Positions 1-9,334 of a DNA stretch of 64,000 nt are shown in pieces. Each line of letters starts with the position of its first letter. The stretch's first letter is position 1. The notes below the pieces were generated by a model. The model saw nothing but the letters and a program-made list of their open reading frames with translations, was not told the origin of the DNA and ran no database searches. The stretch covers positions 1 through 64,000 of the forward strand of contig JBJMHS010000027.1 in the NCBI GenBank assembly GCA_045807245.1, written 5' to 3'. Made by a program: the position numbers and the translations under genes. Source of the stretch: Actinomycetales bacterium (GTDB taxonomy: Bacteria > Actinomycetota > Actinomycetes > Actinomycetales > CAVURS01).

Positions 1-894
1 CACGTGCGTCGTCTGCGAGGCGTAGACGAACAGCGACAGCCGGTCGGACAGCGGCGAGACGCCGTGGTTGGCGATCGTGACGCTCTTGGTGAAGTTGATG
101 TTCGAGGCGGTCGGGCGGGCCGGACCGCCACCCGCCGTCTGCGCACCGAAGGCGGTCATGTAGCCGCCGCCGGCCGGGGTCACCGCCGTGATGTTGAAGT
201 GCACGGCGTAGGCGAACTGCACGAAGCTGTCGAGCTGCAGCTCCAGCGTCCTGCCAGCTATCAACCGGTGTTGGGTGTCCAGGACCGTCGTGCTGGCCAG
301 CAGGCTGCGGTTGCTGCGCGTGTCGAGCGCGCGGAAGGGGCCGTAGGGCACGAACACCGTGCCGGTCGCCGTGGTCAGGACCACGGCCAGGTTGCTGAGG
401 TCCTTGGCGGCGTTGTCGCCCGCCATCCAGAACAGCGTGTCGATGTCCTGCCCGTTGACCGTGCCGTCGGCGACGTGCTCGGTGAGGTTGAGCAGCTCAC
501 CGCCGAGCATGGTGCCGCCCGTGTCGCCGTTGCCCGTGCTGGGGTCGCCGTACGCCACCGAGTCCTCGACCGGCGCCAGTCGCAGGTTCGCGATGTTCGA
601 GTCGTGGCGCACGTCGAGCGTCGCGCTGGGCGCGCCACTGTTGACGACGGTCTTGGCGTTGCCCGCGTCGTTGTTCTGGCCGAGGGTCAACGGGTCGCCC
701 GCCGCCGCCGCGGCCGGGCTGGCGGTCAGCATCTCCGTCGCGGCGACGCCGCCGATGCCCGCTGCGGCCAGGGCTGCGGCTCGGCGCATGAGGGCCCGTC
801 GACCGACCTCGGGGGTGTCCTCGAGGGCGGCCGGGCCACCTGCCTGCAGGGTGGTGTCGTTCGCGTGAGCGCGCGTTCCGCGGCTCTTGCCCAT
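1..894 (-). CDS. Tat-secreted hypothetical protein (3' end runs off window; absent from ORF track)
   Basis: Read manually: ATG at 894, open to position 1. MGKSRG...EVGRRALMRRAAALAAAGIGG...ASPAAAA is a twin-arginine signal; body includes PFRALDTR, FNITAV and SNINF...TIAN; GC3-rich codons. Confidence 0.75.
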   Translation of the reverse strand, partial: MGKSRGTRAHANDTTLQAGGPAALEDTPEVGRRALMRRAAALAAAGIGGVAATEMLTASPAAAAAGDPLTLGQNNDAGNAKTVVNSGAPSATLDVRHDSNIANLRLAPVEDSVAYGDPSTGNGDTGGTMLGGELLNLTEHVADGTVNGQDIDTLFWMAGDNAAKDLSNLAVVLTTATGTVFVPYGPFRALDTRSNRSLLASTTVLDTQHRLIAGRTLELQLDSFVQFAYAVHFNITAVTPAGGGYMTAFGAQTAGGGPARPTASNINFTKSVTIANHGVSPLSDRLSLFVYASQTTHV

Positions 895-1086
895 GGTCCG
901 GGCCCTCTCCGTCGGTGGTGATTCGGTGTCCCTGAATGGTTACCGGGCGTGATCCGCCTGGAGCAGATCGTAGACAAAATTGGGTCTCTCGGCGGGCTTT
1001 CGCCCACCAGATAGCGCAAACGGACTAGTCCGTCGTGATCCCGGTCCTGAGGGAGAACTGTGGATTCGGGGATTCGGCTTGTCAAA

Positions 1087-1123
1087 GTTACCCGGCAGTA
1101 GCAACATGTTACCGACGAGTAAG
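1087..1123. promoter_or_regulatory. Tandem GTTAC-N6-GTA(A/G) palindromic operators upstream of acyl-CoA dehydrogenase
   Basis: gttac-ccggca-gtagc (1087-1102) and gttac-cgacga-gtaag (1108-1123), 21 bp apart. Confidence 0.55.
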
Positions 1124-1144
1124 TACGGCGAAGGGGAACGGCGC

Positions 1145-3061
1145 ATGAGCCACTACCGGGCCAACCTGCGGGACATCGAGTTCACCCTGTTCGAGGTGCT
1201 CGGCCGCCAGGAGCAGCTGGGCAGGGCGCCCTACGGCGACCTCGACGTCGACGTCGCGCGGGAGATGCTGCGCGAGGTCGCGCGGCTGGCCGAGCACGAG
1301 CTGGCCGCGTCGTTCACCGACGCAGACCGCACCCCACCCGAGTACGACCCGGTGACCCACTCGGTGCGGCTGCCGGAGTCGTTCAAGCGCAGCTACCGCG
1401 CCTACCAGGACGCGCAGTGGTGGCGGATGGACCTGCCGGAGGAGCTGGGCGGGACCGCCGTACCGCCCTCGCTGCGCTGGGCCATCTCGGAGTTCGTCCT
1501 CGGGGCGAACCCGGCCGTGCACATGTACGCCAGCGGCTACTCCTTCGCGCACACGCTGTTCCGCAACGGCACGCCCGACCAGCGCGCGCTCGCGCACCAC
1601 ATGGTCGACGGCGGCTGGGGCGGCACGATGATGCTGACCGAGCCGGATGCGGGGTCGGACGTCGGCGCCGGGCGGACCAGAGCGGTCCAGCAGGCCGACG
1701 GCACCTGGCACATCAGCGGTGTGAAGAGGTTCATCACGTCCGGCGAGCACGACCTCTCGGACAACATCGTGCACTTCGTGCTGGCCCGGCCCGAGGGTGC
1801 CGGGCCAGGGACCAAGGGCCTGTCCTTGTTCGTCGTCCCGAAGTTCCACGTCGACCTCGCAACCGGTGAGCTGGGCGAGCGCAACGGCGTCTTCGCGACG
1901 AACCTCGAGCACAAGATGGGACTCAAGGCGTCGACCACGTGCGAGATGACCTTCGGCGAGGTCGACGGCATCCCCGCCGTCGGCACGCTGCTCGGCGACG
2001 TCCACGACGGCATCGCGCAGATGTTCCAGATCATCGAGTACGCCCGGATGATGGTCGGCACCAAGGCCATCGCGACGCTGTCGACCGGCTACCAGAACGC
2101 CCTGGCCTACGCCAAGGAGCGCGTCCAGGGTGCTGATCTGACGCAGATGACGGACAAGACCGCGCCGCGCGTGACGACGACGCACCACCCCGACGTACGG
2201 CGGTCCCTGATGCTGCAGAAGGCGTACGCCGAGGGTCTGCGCGCCCTCGTGCTGTACACCGCGTCGTACCAGGACGAGCTCTGGGCCGCCCGGCGCCAGA
2301 GCGACAATGTCGACCACGGCGACCACGGCGACCACGGCCGGCACGGCGGGCACGTCGGCGAGAACGAGGCCCTGGACCTCGCCGACCGGGTCAACGACCT
2401 CCTGCTCCCGATCGTCAAGGGTGGTGGCTCGGAGCGGTCTTGGGTGCTGCTCGGCCAGGAGAGCCTGCAGACGCTCGGCGGCTCCGGCTTCCTGCAGGAC
2501 TACCCGATCGAGCAGTACGTGCGGGATGCCAAGATCGACACCCTGTACGAGGGCACGACCGCGATCCAAGGTCTGGACTTCTTCTTCCGCAAGATCGTGC
2601 GGGACAAGGGGCTGGCGCTCGCGCACGTCGCGTCGCAGGTGCAGGACCTGGTGAAGGGCGGCGGCGAGAACGACCCCTTGGCGCGGGAGCGTGAGCTGCT
2701 CGGCCAGGCCCTCGAGGACGTCCAAGGCATCCTCGGTTTCATGGTCGGCGCCCTGCAGGCGTCGGACCCGGCGCACGGTGGCGAGGTCGCCAACGTCTAC
2801 AAGGTCGGGCGGAACAGCTCGCGCCTGCTGCTGGCCTGCACCGACCTCCTCGTCGGCTGGCTGCTGCTGCGCCAGGCCGAGGTGGCGACAACGGCGCTGG
2901 CGGGCGGCCAGGCCGGCGCCAAGGACCAGGCCTTCTATGCCGGCAAGGTCGCGGCGGCGCGGTTCTTCGCAGCTGAGGTGCTGCCGCGGATCTCGGCTGA
3001 ACGGCTCATCGCCGAGAGCACGGACAACGCGCTCATGGACCTTGACGAGTCGGCGTTCTAA
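1145..3061 (+). CDS. Acyl-CoA dehydrogenase, FadE5-like
   Basis: [13 protein letters not shown] start after purine-rich [52 protein letters not shown] motifs. Confidence 0.93.
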   Translation: MSHYRANLRDIEFTLFEVLGRQEQLGRAPYGDLDVDVAREMLREVARLAEHELAASFTDADRTPPEYDPVTHSVRLPESFKRSYRAYQDAQWWRMDLPEELGGTAVPPSLRWAISEFVLGANPAVHMYASGYSFAHTLFRNGTPDQRALAHHMVDGGWGGTMMLTEPDAGSDVGAGRTRAVQQADGTWHISGVKRFITSGEHDLSDNIVHFVLARPEGAGPGTKGLSLFVVPKFHVDLATGELGERNGVFATNLEHKMGLKASTTCEMTFGEVDGIPAVGTLLGDVHDGIAQMFQIIEYARMMVGTKAIATLSTGYQNALAYAKERVQGADLTQMTDKTAPRVTTTHHPDVRRSLMLQKAYAEGLRALVLYTASYQDELWAARRQSDNVDHGDHGDHGRHGGHVGENEALDLADRVNDLLLPIVKGGGSERSWVLLGQESLQTLGGSGFLQDYPIEQYVRDAKIDTLYEGTTAIQGLDFFFRKIVRDKGLALAHVASQVQDLVKGGGENDPLARERELLGQALEDVQGILGFMVGALQASDPAHGGEVANVYKVGRNSSRLLLACTDLLVGWLLLRQAEVATTALAGGQAGAKDQAFYAGKVAAARFFAAEVLPRISAERLIAESTDNALMDLDESAF

Positions 3062-3115
3062 GTCGGTCGTTTCTGCGCCAGTGGTTCTTCGTCAGATCTG
3101 GCGTCAGTTGTCAGA

Positions 3116-3340
3116 TCAGAGGGCCGGAGGCGCCCCGGTGTCGCGGTGCTCGACGTACTCGGTGTGGGCCGTACGGCCGCGCTGCTGGCTCAGCACCAGT
3201 GCCAGGATGATGGCGAGCGCGCCGACTCCCATGCAGATGTAGCCGATGGCGGTGAGGTCGATGGCGCTCCACTGGTCGCGAATGCCGAACGCGGCGATCC
3301 CACCGACCACGAGCAGTGTGATGCCGATGCCGATACCCAT
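3116..3340 (-). CDS. Small 2-TM membrane protein (DUF6458-like)
   Basis: MGIGIGITLLVVGGIAAF...IDLTAIGYICM; GGAG SD upstream. Confidence 0.75.
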   Translation of the reverse strand: MGIGIGITLLVVGGIAAFGIRDQWSAIDLTAIGYICMGVGALAIILALVLSQQRGRTAHTEYVEHRDTGAPPAL

Positions 3341-3474
3341 GGCCGTGCTCCATCCCGGCCGCTGACGCAGCCGCTCGCTGCCATCGTCGCCGGGGTCGGG
3401 CGGTCCCGCATCTCGAGAGTCACCCGTAGGCCGAACCGGAGAGGCGGCGGTCGTGGGGCCTTGCCGACCCGGCC

Positions 3475-3969
3475 TTGCGGGCGTATCACGGAGGTGTGCG
3501 CCTGCTGGCGTTGAGCGGACCGCCAGGGCACCCGTTCCATCCGTTCGTGGTGCTCCTGCCGGTTGGCGCCTTCGTGTCGTCGCTGATCTTCGACATCCTC
3601 ACCTGGACCCGGCCGGGCGAGCTGCCCTGGCTCGTCGACGGCGCATGGTGGTTGATCGGAGTGGGATTGATCGGGGCGGGTCTGGCTGCTCTCTTCGGGG
3701 TCATCGACCTGGCGCGTATCCCGCGGCGGAGCCGGCCGTGGCGGGTCGCGCTGGCGCATGCCGGGCTGAATGCCGTCGTGGCCGCGCTGTTCTTCGCGGG
3801 ATACGTCTGGCGCGCCGGTGACCACGTGGAGCTCGACAAGACCCGGCCGGGGCAGGTGGCCCTCAGCGCCGTCGCGGTCGCGGTGCTCATCGGCTCGGTG
3901 GTCCTCGGTCAGACACTGACCTACGGCTTCGGCACGCGGGTCGACCGCCGGGCAACCGAAGGGCGGTAG
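3475..3969 (+). CDS. DUF2231-like membrane protein (start uncertain, possibly 3496)
   Basis: GHPFHP motif, four hydrophobic helices, H in ALAHAGLN, C-terminal G..L.Y..G. Confidence 0.75.
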   Translation: MRAYHGGVRLLALSGPPGHPFHPFVVLLPVGAFVSSLIFDILTWTRPGELPWLVDGAWWLIGVGLIGAGLAALFGVIDLARIPRRSRPWRVALAHAGLNAVVAALFFAGYVWRAGDHVELDKTRPGQVALSAVAVAVLIGSVVLGQTLTYGFGTRVDRRATEGR

Positions 3970-4005
3970 CGGGCCCGCGGCCGTCACGGATGGGACGCTG
4001 GGTGC

Positions 4006-4431
4006 GTGCCCGGCCCGCTCGTCGTCCGCGGCTCGGTCGTCGTCCCCGAGACCGAGCTGGTTTGGCGCTTCTCGCGGTCGTCCGGTCCGGGAGGGCAGGG
4101 CGTCAACACCACCGACTCGCGGGTCGAGCTGTCCTTCGACGTGGCGGCCACGACCGCGTTCGGCCCGACGCACAAGGCCCGGGCGCTGGAGCGACTCGCC
4201 CCGCGCCTCGTCGACGGCGTACTGACCGTGTCGGCGTCCGAGCACCGTTCACAGCTGCGCAACCGGGAGGCCGCGACGGCGCGGCTGGCAGCCCTGCTCG
4301 CGGAGGCGATCGCACCGCCGCCGAGACCACGTCGGCCCACCAAGGCCACCCGCGCGTCAGTCGAACGCCGCATCGCCGGCAAGAAGCGGCGGAGCGAGAC
4401 CAAGCGGTTGCGCCGGGGCGACCTCGAGTGA
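4006..4431 (+). CDS. arfB: Alternative ribosome rescue peptidyl-tRNA hydrolase ArfB
   Basis: FSRSSGPGGQGVN (GGQ), RSQLRNR, basic C-terminal tail. Confidence 0.95.
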   Translation: MPGPLVVRGSVVVPETELVWRFSRSSGPGGQGVNTTDSRVELSFDVAATTAFGPTHKARALERLAPRLVDGVLTVSASEHRSQLRNREAATARLAALLAEAIAPPPRPRRPTKATRASVERRIAGKKRRSETKRLRRGDLE

Positions 4432-4439
4432 TTTTTCTA

Positions 4440-4505
4440 CTATTCTCCCTGTGCCAGCCGCGTTGGAGAATAGGCAATTGCCTAATCCATTGGTAGAGTC
4501 GAGCA
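4440..4505 (+). promoter_or_regulatory. Promoter and palindromic operator of TA-like operon
   Basis: -35-like TAGGCA 4471-4476, 17-bp spacer, extended -10 TGgTAGAGT 4491-4499, ATG 6 nt downstream; perfect palindrome TAGGCAATTGCCTA 4471-4484; inverted repeat CTATTCTCC 4440-4448 / GGAGAATAG 4465-4473. Confidence 0.65.
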
Positions 4506-5582
4506 ATGAGAAAAGGCAATAATCGCGCGCGCACTGCAGTCCGTCAACTACTGCTGAGGTCCGCGCGCGAAGTCCAGCTTGAGGACAAGGACGATGGGAC
4601 CTTGAGCGTCAAGTGGGGGCCCGAGATCGTCCGCCTAGCTCCGGTCTGGGTTGGCGAGGGTTACCCGTCAGACGTCGAACGTCATCTGCCACCGGATGAG
4701 GACCGGTCCGGTCCTGTGCCGGTTCTCGTCGGGGTCCGAATGTCCGAAGGCGCTCGCCGTCGACTGGAAGCCAGTTCCTTCTCATGGGCTGACGAACGAG
4801 GAGCAGCCCACATCGTTGCCCCCGGGCTCCTAGTAGCAACCGACGGTCACGAACGAGCACAGTCCTCAGCGACTTCAGGTTTCCGTTGGGCGCCATCCTC
4901 CGGAATGGTCGCCGAACTCTTGCTCACCCAACTGCGCAAGCCGCTGCGGCGATCTGGCGCGCGTCAGCCGGAGCCGATCCCGGCCGTGGTGTTGATTGCA
5001 CCGTTCCTTCCCATCTCCGTCGCCCAGGTCAGCAAGGTTCTGCAAGCTTTCGACGCCCAAGGCTGGACAAGCAAGAGCGGTTCGGAGCGAGGTCCTGGCG
5101 CGGAGCGGGCGCTCCTAGACGCGCCCGGCCTTCTCGACGCTTGGAGCAGCTGGCAGTCGCAGCGCCCGACGCCGAGCCGAGCGGCACAAATCTCTTGGCA
5201 TGATCCCTACGACTTCGTCGCCACTCGACTCAAGCAAGCCCTGCCCCCGGATTCGTGGTGTCTGAGCGGCTGGCTAGCGGCTGATCTCATTGCCCCGTAC
5301 GTAACCAACCCGCCATCCTTCACGTGCTATGTCGATCGGGAGATCTTTCGAACTCGGTTGGAAGACGCATTTACAACTGCCGGCTTGCGAAACGTCAAGT
5401 CGGGTGGCCGTATCGCTTTTGTTGAAGCGGAGCCACATGTGATGTCGCTCGCTGAACGTGGTCCAGGCCCAGATGATGTTCCACTAGCCGACATTCCTCG
5501 GATCTACGCAGATCTACGGGCTTTGGGTGACAGGGGCGCGGAGGCTGGCGCCCACCTGAGGGAGGTCAGCCTTGGCTACTGA
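4506..5582 (+). CDS. AbiEi-like (AbiEi_2/DUF2186-type) antitoxin / transcriptional regulator
   Basis: SFSWADERGAAHI segment, central HTH-like ISVAQVSKVLQAFDAQGW, WCLSGWLAADLIAP, C-terminal RIYADL..LGDRGAEAGAHL; atypical A/T-ending codons. Confidence 0.7.
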   Translation: MRKGNNRARTAVRQLLLRSAREVQLEDKDDGTLSVKWGPEIVRLAPVWVGEGYPSDVERHLPPDEDRSGPVPVLVGVRMSEGARRRLEASSFSWADERGAAHIVAPGLLVATDGHERAQSSATSGFRWAPSSGMVAELLLTQLRKPLRRSGARQPEPIPAVVLIAPFLPISVAQVSKVLQAFDAQGWTSKSGSERGPGAERALLDAPGLLDAWSSWQSQRPTPSRAAQISWHDPYDFVATRLKQALPPDSWCLSGWLAADLIAPYVTNPPSFTCYVDREIFRTRLEDAFTTAGLRNVKSGGRIAFVEAEPHVMSLAERGPGPDDVPLADIPRIYADLRALGDRGAEAGAHLREVSLGY

Positions 5583-6426
5583 TGAACGTTCCAGGCGATC
5601 GACCTTTCTTGCCGAAACAGCATTGCTGAATCTCATTCGGCAACTCGGCGGCAAAGCGGCTGAACTTGTCGTGATAGGCGGTCTGACCCCAGATCATCTG
5701 ACGGCGGGAGGGGCCAATACCCATATCGGTACGAACGACATCGACGTCCTGGTATCGGTAGCTGTGGTGTACGACCGCGAGGAACAGGACTTCAGTTGGC
5801 TTGAATCTGGCCTGCAGCACGCTGGCTTCACGCCAGATCCGCCCTATGGGTCAGGCTGGCGCTGGCGGACGGTGATCGACGACTTTGTGATCAAGCTTGA
5901 CTTGTTGTGCGACGTCTCAGGCCACGAGCGCAACGAGCCGGTCGCGCTGCCCGGTTGCGAGCTCGCAAGCGCGATGAACCTCCCTGGCACCGGAGGCGCC
6001 TTCGCTGATCTCGAGCATCACGAGCTCGCATCTGACGCGGCACGGGTCGATGTCCGCTTCACAGGCATTGCGGGCTACCTCTTGTCTAAAGGCGCGGCGG
6101 TCTGCCGACGCGGGGCGGAGCGAGATTTCTACTCGTTTGCGTACGTCCTAGTCCACTATCGAGAAGGCGGCGCAGAGACAGCCGCTCGCGCCGCGAGCAG
6201 CGCCGTGGGAAGGGACGGATATTCTCACTTGCGAAATGACCTGCTCCGGGCGGCGGGACTGTACATCGACGACGATCGCCCAGGGGCGCACGCTTACGCC
6301 AGCCAGTCCATCGATGCCGGGTCTGAGGATTCCTTTGAGACGCTCCTAGAGGATGCGACCGGTGCGGCGCTCGTCCTTCGCACAACCCTGCTAGAGGATC
6401 ATGGCCTCACAGACGGCGATCGTTGA
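5572..6426 (+). CDS. Pol-beta-type nucleotidyltransferase, AbiEii/MenT-like putative toxin
   Basis: VVIGG...HIGTNDIDV NTase motif, KLDLL, LLSK...RDFY; TTG start with GGAGG SD overlapping upstream gene by 11 bp. Confidence 0.7.
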   Translation: MATDERSRRSTFLAETALLNLIRQLGGKAAELVVIGGLTPDHLTAGGANTHIGTNDIDVLVSVAVVYDREEQDFSWLESGLQHAGFTPDPPYGSGWRWRTVIDDFVIKLDLLCDVSGHERNEPVALPGCELASAMNLPGTGGAFADLEHHELASDAARVDVRFTGIAGYLLSKGAAVCRRGAERDFYSFAYVLVHYREGGAETAARAASSAVGRDGYSHLRNDLLRAAGLYIDDDRPGAHAYASQSIDAGSEDSFETLLEDATGAALVLRTTLLEDHGLTDGDR

Positions 6427-7228
6427 GGACGGGGAACTTCTCCCGGATCTTCGCCACCGAGTCGACGTCGATCTCGACCGAGAGGACCTCCTCGTCGGTG
6501 CCGGCCTCGGCCAGCACGGCACCCCAGGGGTCGACGACCTGGCTGCGGCCACCCATCTCGACATTCGCGTGGGTGCCCGCGGTGTTGCACTGCAGCATGA
6601 AGCACTGGTTCTCCAGCGCCCGGGCGCGACCCAGGAGCCGCCAGTGCTCGACGCGGGCGGCCGGCCAGGCAGCCGGTACGACGAGCAGCTCGGCTCCGGC
6701 GTCGAGCAGGAGCCGGAACTGCTCCGGGAACCTCAGGTCGTAGCACGTGGCCAAACCCGTTGGTATGCCGGGGCTTTCGGCAGCAGAGACCGGGCGCGGC
6801 AGGTCCACGACCACGATGTCCGTGCCCGCCTCGAGCAGCACCGGCTCGCCCTCGCCGAAGCCGAACCGGTGGATCTTGCGGTAGACCGTCAGCAGCTCCC
6901 CGGTCGGCCCGAACACCATCGACGTGTTGTACAGGCCGCGCCCGTCCGTTCCCCGGCCGTTCGTCTCGATCCACGAGCCCGCGTGCAGCACCACACCGGC
7001 GTCCCGCGCGGCCCGCGCCATCGTGTGGACGAGGGGTCCGTCGACCGGCTCGGCCAGCGCATCCCACCGGCGGTAGCCGAAGCCGGTCGGCTGCCACAGC
7101 TCGGGCAGGACGACCAGGTCGTGACCGCGTTGGTCGCGGACCAGCCGGACGACGCGCTCGACCCGCTCGGCGGCCGACTCGCCGTCGTCGTACCCGAGCT
7201 GCACCAGGGCGACGCGCATGGCAGTCAT
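6407..7228 (-). CDS. Carbon-nitrogen hydrolase (nitrilase family)
   Basis: E-K-C triad: LPELW, YRKIH, TCYDLRFPE; RALENQ. Confidence 0.93.
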   Translation of the reverse strand: MTAMRVALVQLGYDDGESAAERVERVVRLVRDQRGHDLVVLPELWQPTGFGYRRWDALAEPVDGPLVHTMARAARDAGVVLHAGSWIETNGRGTDGRGLYNTSMVFGPTGELLTVYRKIHRFGFGEGEPVLLEAGTDIVVVDLPRPVSAAESPGIPTGLATCYDLRFPEQFRLLLDAGAELLVVPAAWPAARVEHWRLLGRARALENQCFMLQCNTAGTHANVEMGGRSQVVDPWGAVLAEAGTDEEVLSVEIDVDSVAKIREKFPVLNDRRL

Positions 7229-9228
7229 CCTCGCCCGTCCGGCTCGCGAGGGACAGCCGGACCCGCCGCCCGGGCGGCGAGCTGGGCGTTGTACGCCGCA
7301 AGCTCGGCGTCCCCGTCCCGGTCAGCGGCTCGGTCATGCCGGCGGGCCTCGCGCTCGTCGGCCTTCATCCAGGCGCCGACGACGCCCATGGCCATCAGCA
7401 GCGAGGGCAGGTCGCCCAACCCCCAGACGATCGCCCCGCCGGTCTGCTGGTCGGAGATCGCCGAAGCCCCCCAGGTCCGCCCGAGCTCGGCGTAGAACTC
7501 CGGCGCCAGCAGCGTCGTCGAGCTCATCAGCGCGATGCCGAAGAACGCGTGGAAGGAGAGCGTGACGAAGAGCAGGACCAGCCGCAGCGGGTACGCCGGT
7601 CGGCGCACGCCCGGGTCGACGCCGATCAGCACGGACGTGAACAGGTACCCGGCCAGCAGGAAGTGCAGGTTCATCAGCACGTGGCCGGTGTGCGTGGTCA
7701 GCGCCTGCTCGAACAGCGGCGAGTAGTAGAACGCGATCAGGCTGGCCATGAAGATGACCGATGCCACGAGCGGATGCCCCACGACCGCGACGAACCGCGA
7801 GTGGACCACGTGCAGCAGCCATTCGCGCCAGCCGCGGGTCCCGTCCTTGCGGGCGGCCGTCGTGCGCAGGGCCAGACTCAGCGGAGCCCCCAGGACGAGC
7901 AGAGGGGGCACGACCATCGACACCGTCATGTGCTCGAGCATGTGCGCGCTGAACAGCACCCGGCCGTACACGCCGGGCCCGCCGCTGGTGGCGAAGACCA
8001 GCACGGCGGCGCCGACGACCCAGGACACCGTGCGCAGCACCGGCCACGCGTCACCGCGACCCGTCAGCCGGCGCACCGACGCGAGGTACCACCCGACGCC
8101 GAGGACGGCGAGCGCCAGCCACAGCGGGTCGACCCGCCAGACGGTGAACCAGTGCGCGGCGTCCAGCGGGGCCGGCAGCGGGTACCCGGTCAGCGTCTGC
8201 GCCGGTGTGATCCGGCCGAGCGGCTTGTCCTGCGCGGGAGGTGCGCTGCGGGCCAGGGCGACGGCGATGCCGATCGCCAGCCCCATCACGACCAGCTCCC
8301 CCGCAGCCAGCCGCGCGAACAAAACGCGAGTGGCCGGTCCGGACTGCAGCCGTCCCACGATGCGCTGCCGCTGTTCGAGCCCGGCGACACCCAGCAGCAA
8401 CAGGGCAACGACCTTGATCATGACCAGCGCGCCGTACGCGGACGTGAGGCCGTGGAACCCGCCGAGCCGCAGCCAGGCGTTGACCACCCCGGACACGGCC
8501 ACGATGCCGAAACACCAACCGGCCAGGGTCGAGAACCGTTGCACCACAACGGGAAGGTCGCGACCGAGCGAACCGGACAGCAGCAAGACGACGGCTAGGC
8601 CACCGACCCATACCGTGACGGCGACGAGATGCGCGCCCAGGCTGTCGACGGCCATCTCGTGGTCCGACGAACCGGCCGAGTGGCCGGCCAGGGCGAGCGG
8701 GACGACCGCGAGCAGGGCGAGTACGGCGAGCCAGCCGATCGCGGTCAGGCTCCGCGCCAGTGCGGCTCCCGTGGCGACGACGAAGGCGAGCAGCAGGCTG
8801 GTCACCATGGCCCGGCCCAGGTCGAAGCTCTGCACGAACTCGCCGAGCTGTTGGCTGAACCCCGCAGTGCCGAGACTGACGCCTGCGAAGTCCGCGTAGG
8901 TCAGCACGAGCACGAGCAGGCCGGCCGCGACCCAGACGATGCCCGCGCCGGCAGCCAGCCGCACCGCCCGGGGCCGAGCCGGCTCGGGCAGGGCCACCGC
9001 CGCCAGGACCAGGGCGCCGATGGTGACCGCAGCGGCCAGGTCATGGACGACTCGCACGAACGGCAGCCCCCAGCGGACCGCGGCACCCGGGTCGAGCAGC
9101 CCGGCCAAGGGGGCCTGGGCTCCGTGACCGATCAGCAGCCCGACGAGCACCGCGACGCCGGCCGCCACGACGGCCGGGACTAACGCGGCGTACGCCGAGC
9201 GGCGGACTGTGCCGGCCGGGCTGCTCAC
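7225..9228 (-). CDS. CopD-CtaG (caa3) fusion, cytochrome c oxidase assembly / copper protein
   Basis: N-terminal CopD-like AGHSAG, HLVAVTVWVGGL; C-terminal CtaG-like FSAHMLEHM, HAFFG, DQQTGG; TAGCCT -10 6 nt before GTG at 9228. Confidence 0.88.
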   Translation of the reverse strand: MSSPAGTVRRSAYAALVPAVVAAGVAVLVGLLIGHGAQAPLAGLLDPGAAVRWGLPFVRVVHDLAAAVTIGALVLAAVALPEPARPRAVRLAAGAGIVWVAAGLLVLVLTYADFAGVSLGTAGFSQQLGEFVQSFDLGRAMVTSLLLAFVVATGAALARSLTAIGWLAVLALLAVVPLALAGHSAGSSDHEMAVDSLGAHLVAVTVWVGGLAVVLLLSGSLGRDLPVVVQRFSTLAGWCFGIVAVSGVVNAWLRLGGFHGLTSAYGALVMIKVVALLLLGVAGLEQRQRIVGRLQSGPATRVLFARLAAGELVVMGLAIGIAVALARSAPPAQDKPLGRITPAQTLTGYPLPAPLDAAHWFTVWRVDPLWLALAVLGVGWYLASVRRLTGRGDAWPVLRTVSWVVGAAVLVFATSGGPGVYGRVLFSAHMLEHMTVSMVVPPLLVLGAPLSLALRTTAARKDGTRGWREWLLHVVHSRFVAVVGHPLVASVIFMASLIAFYYSPLFEQALTTHTGHVLMNLHFLLAGYLFTSVLIGVDPGVRRPAYPLRLVLLFVTLSFHAFFGIALMSSTTLLAPEFYAELGRTWGASAISDQQTGGAIVWGLGDLPSLLMAMGVVGAWMKADEREARRHDRAADRDGDAELAAYNAQLAARAAGPAVPREPDGRG

Positions 9229-9281
9229 CCGCACAGGCTAAGGAGTTGCGCTGGGGCTGCCGACAGTGAGACTGTGTTGGA

Positions 9282-9302
9282 AGTTGCTTGGCACATGCAA
9301 CT
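9282..9302. promoter_or_regulatory. Probable MarR operator AGTTGC-N9-GCAACT
   Basis: Inverted repeat ~30 bp upstream of marR start. Confidence 0.5.
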
Positions 9303-9334
9303 AATCCTCCGTCCCACAAGTCGGTGACCTATCA

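Noticed and set aside
4..921. Plus-strand ORFs of 305 and 169 aa
   Set aside because: Antisense shadows of the minus-strand Tat protein; no motifs and Arg-rich composition.
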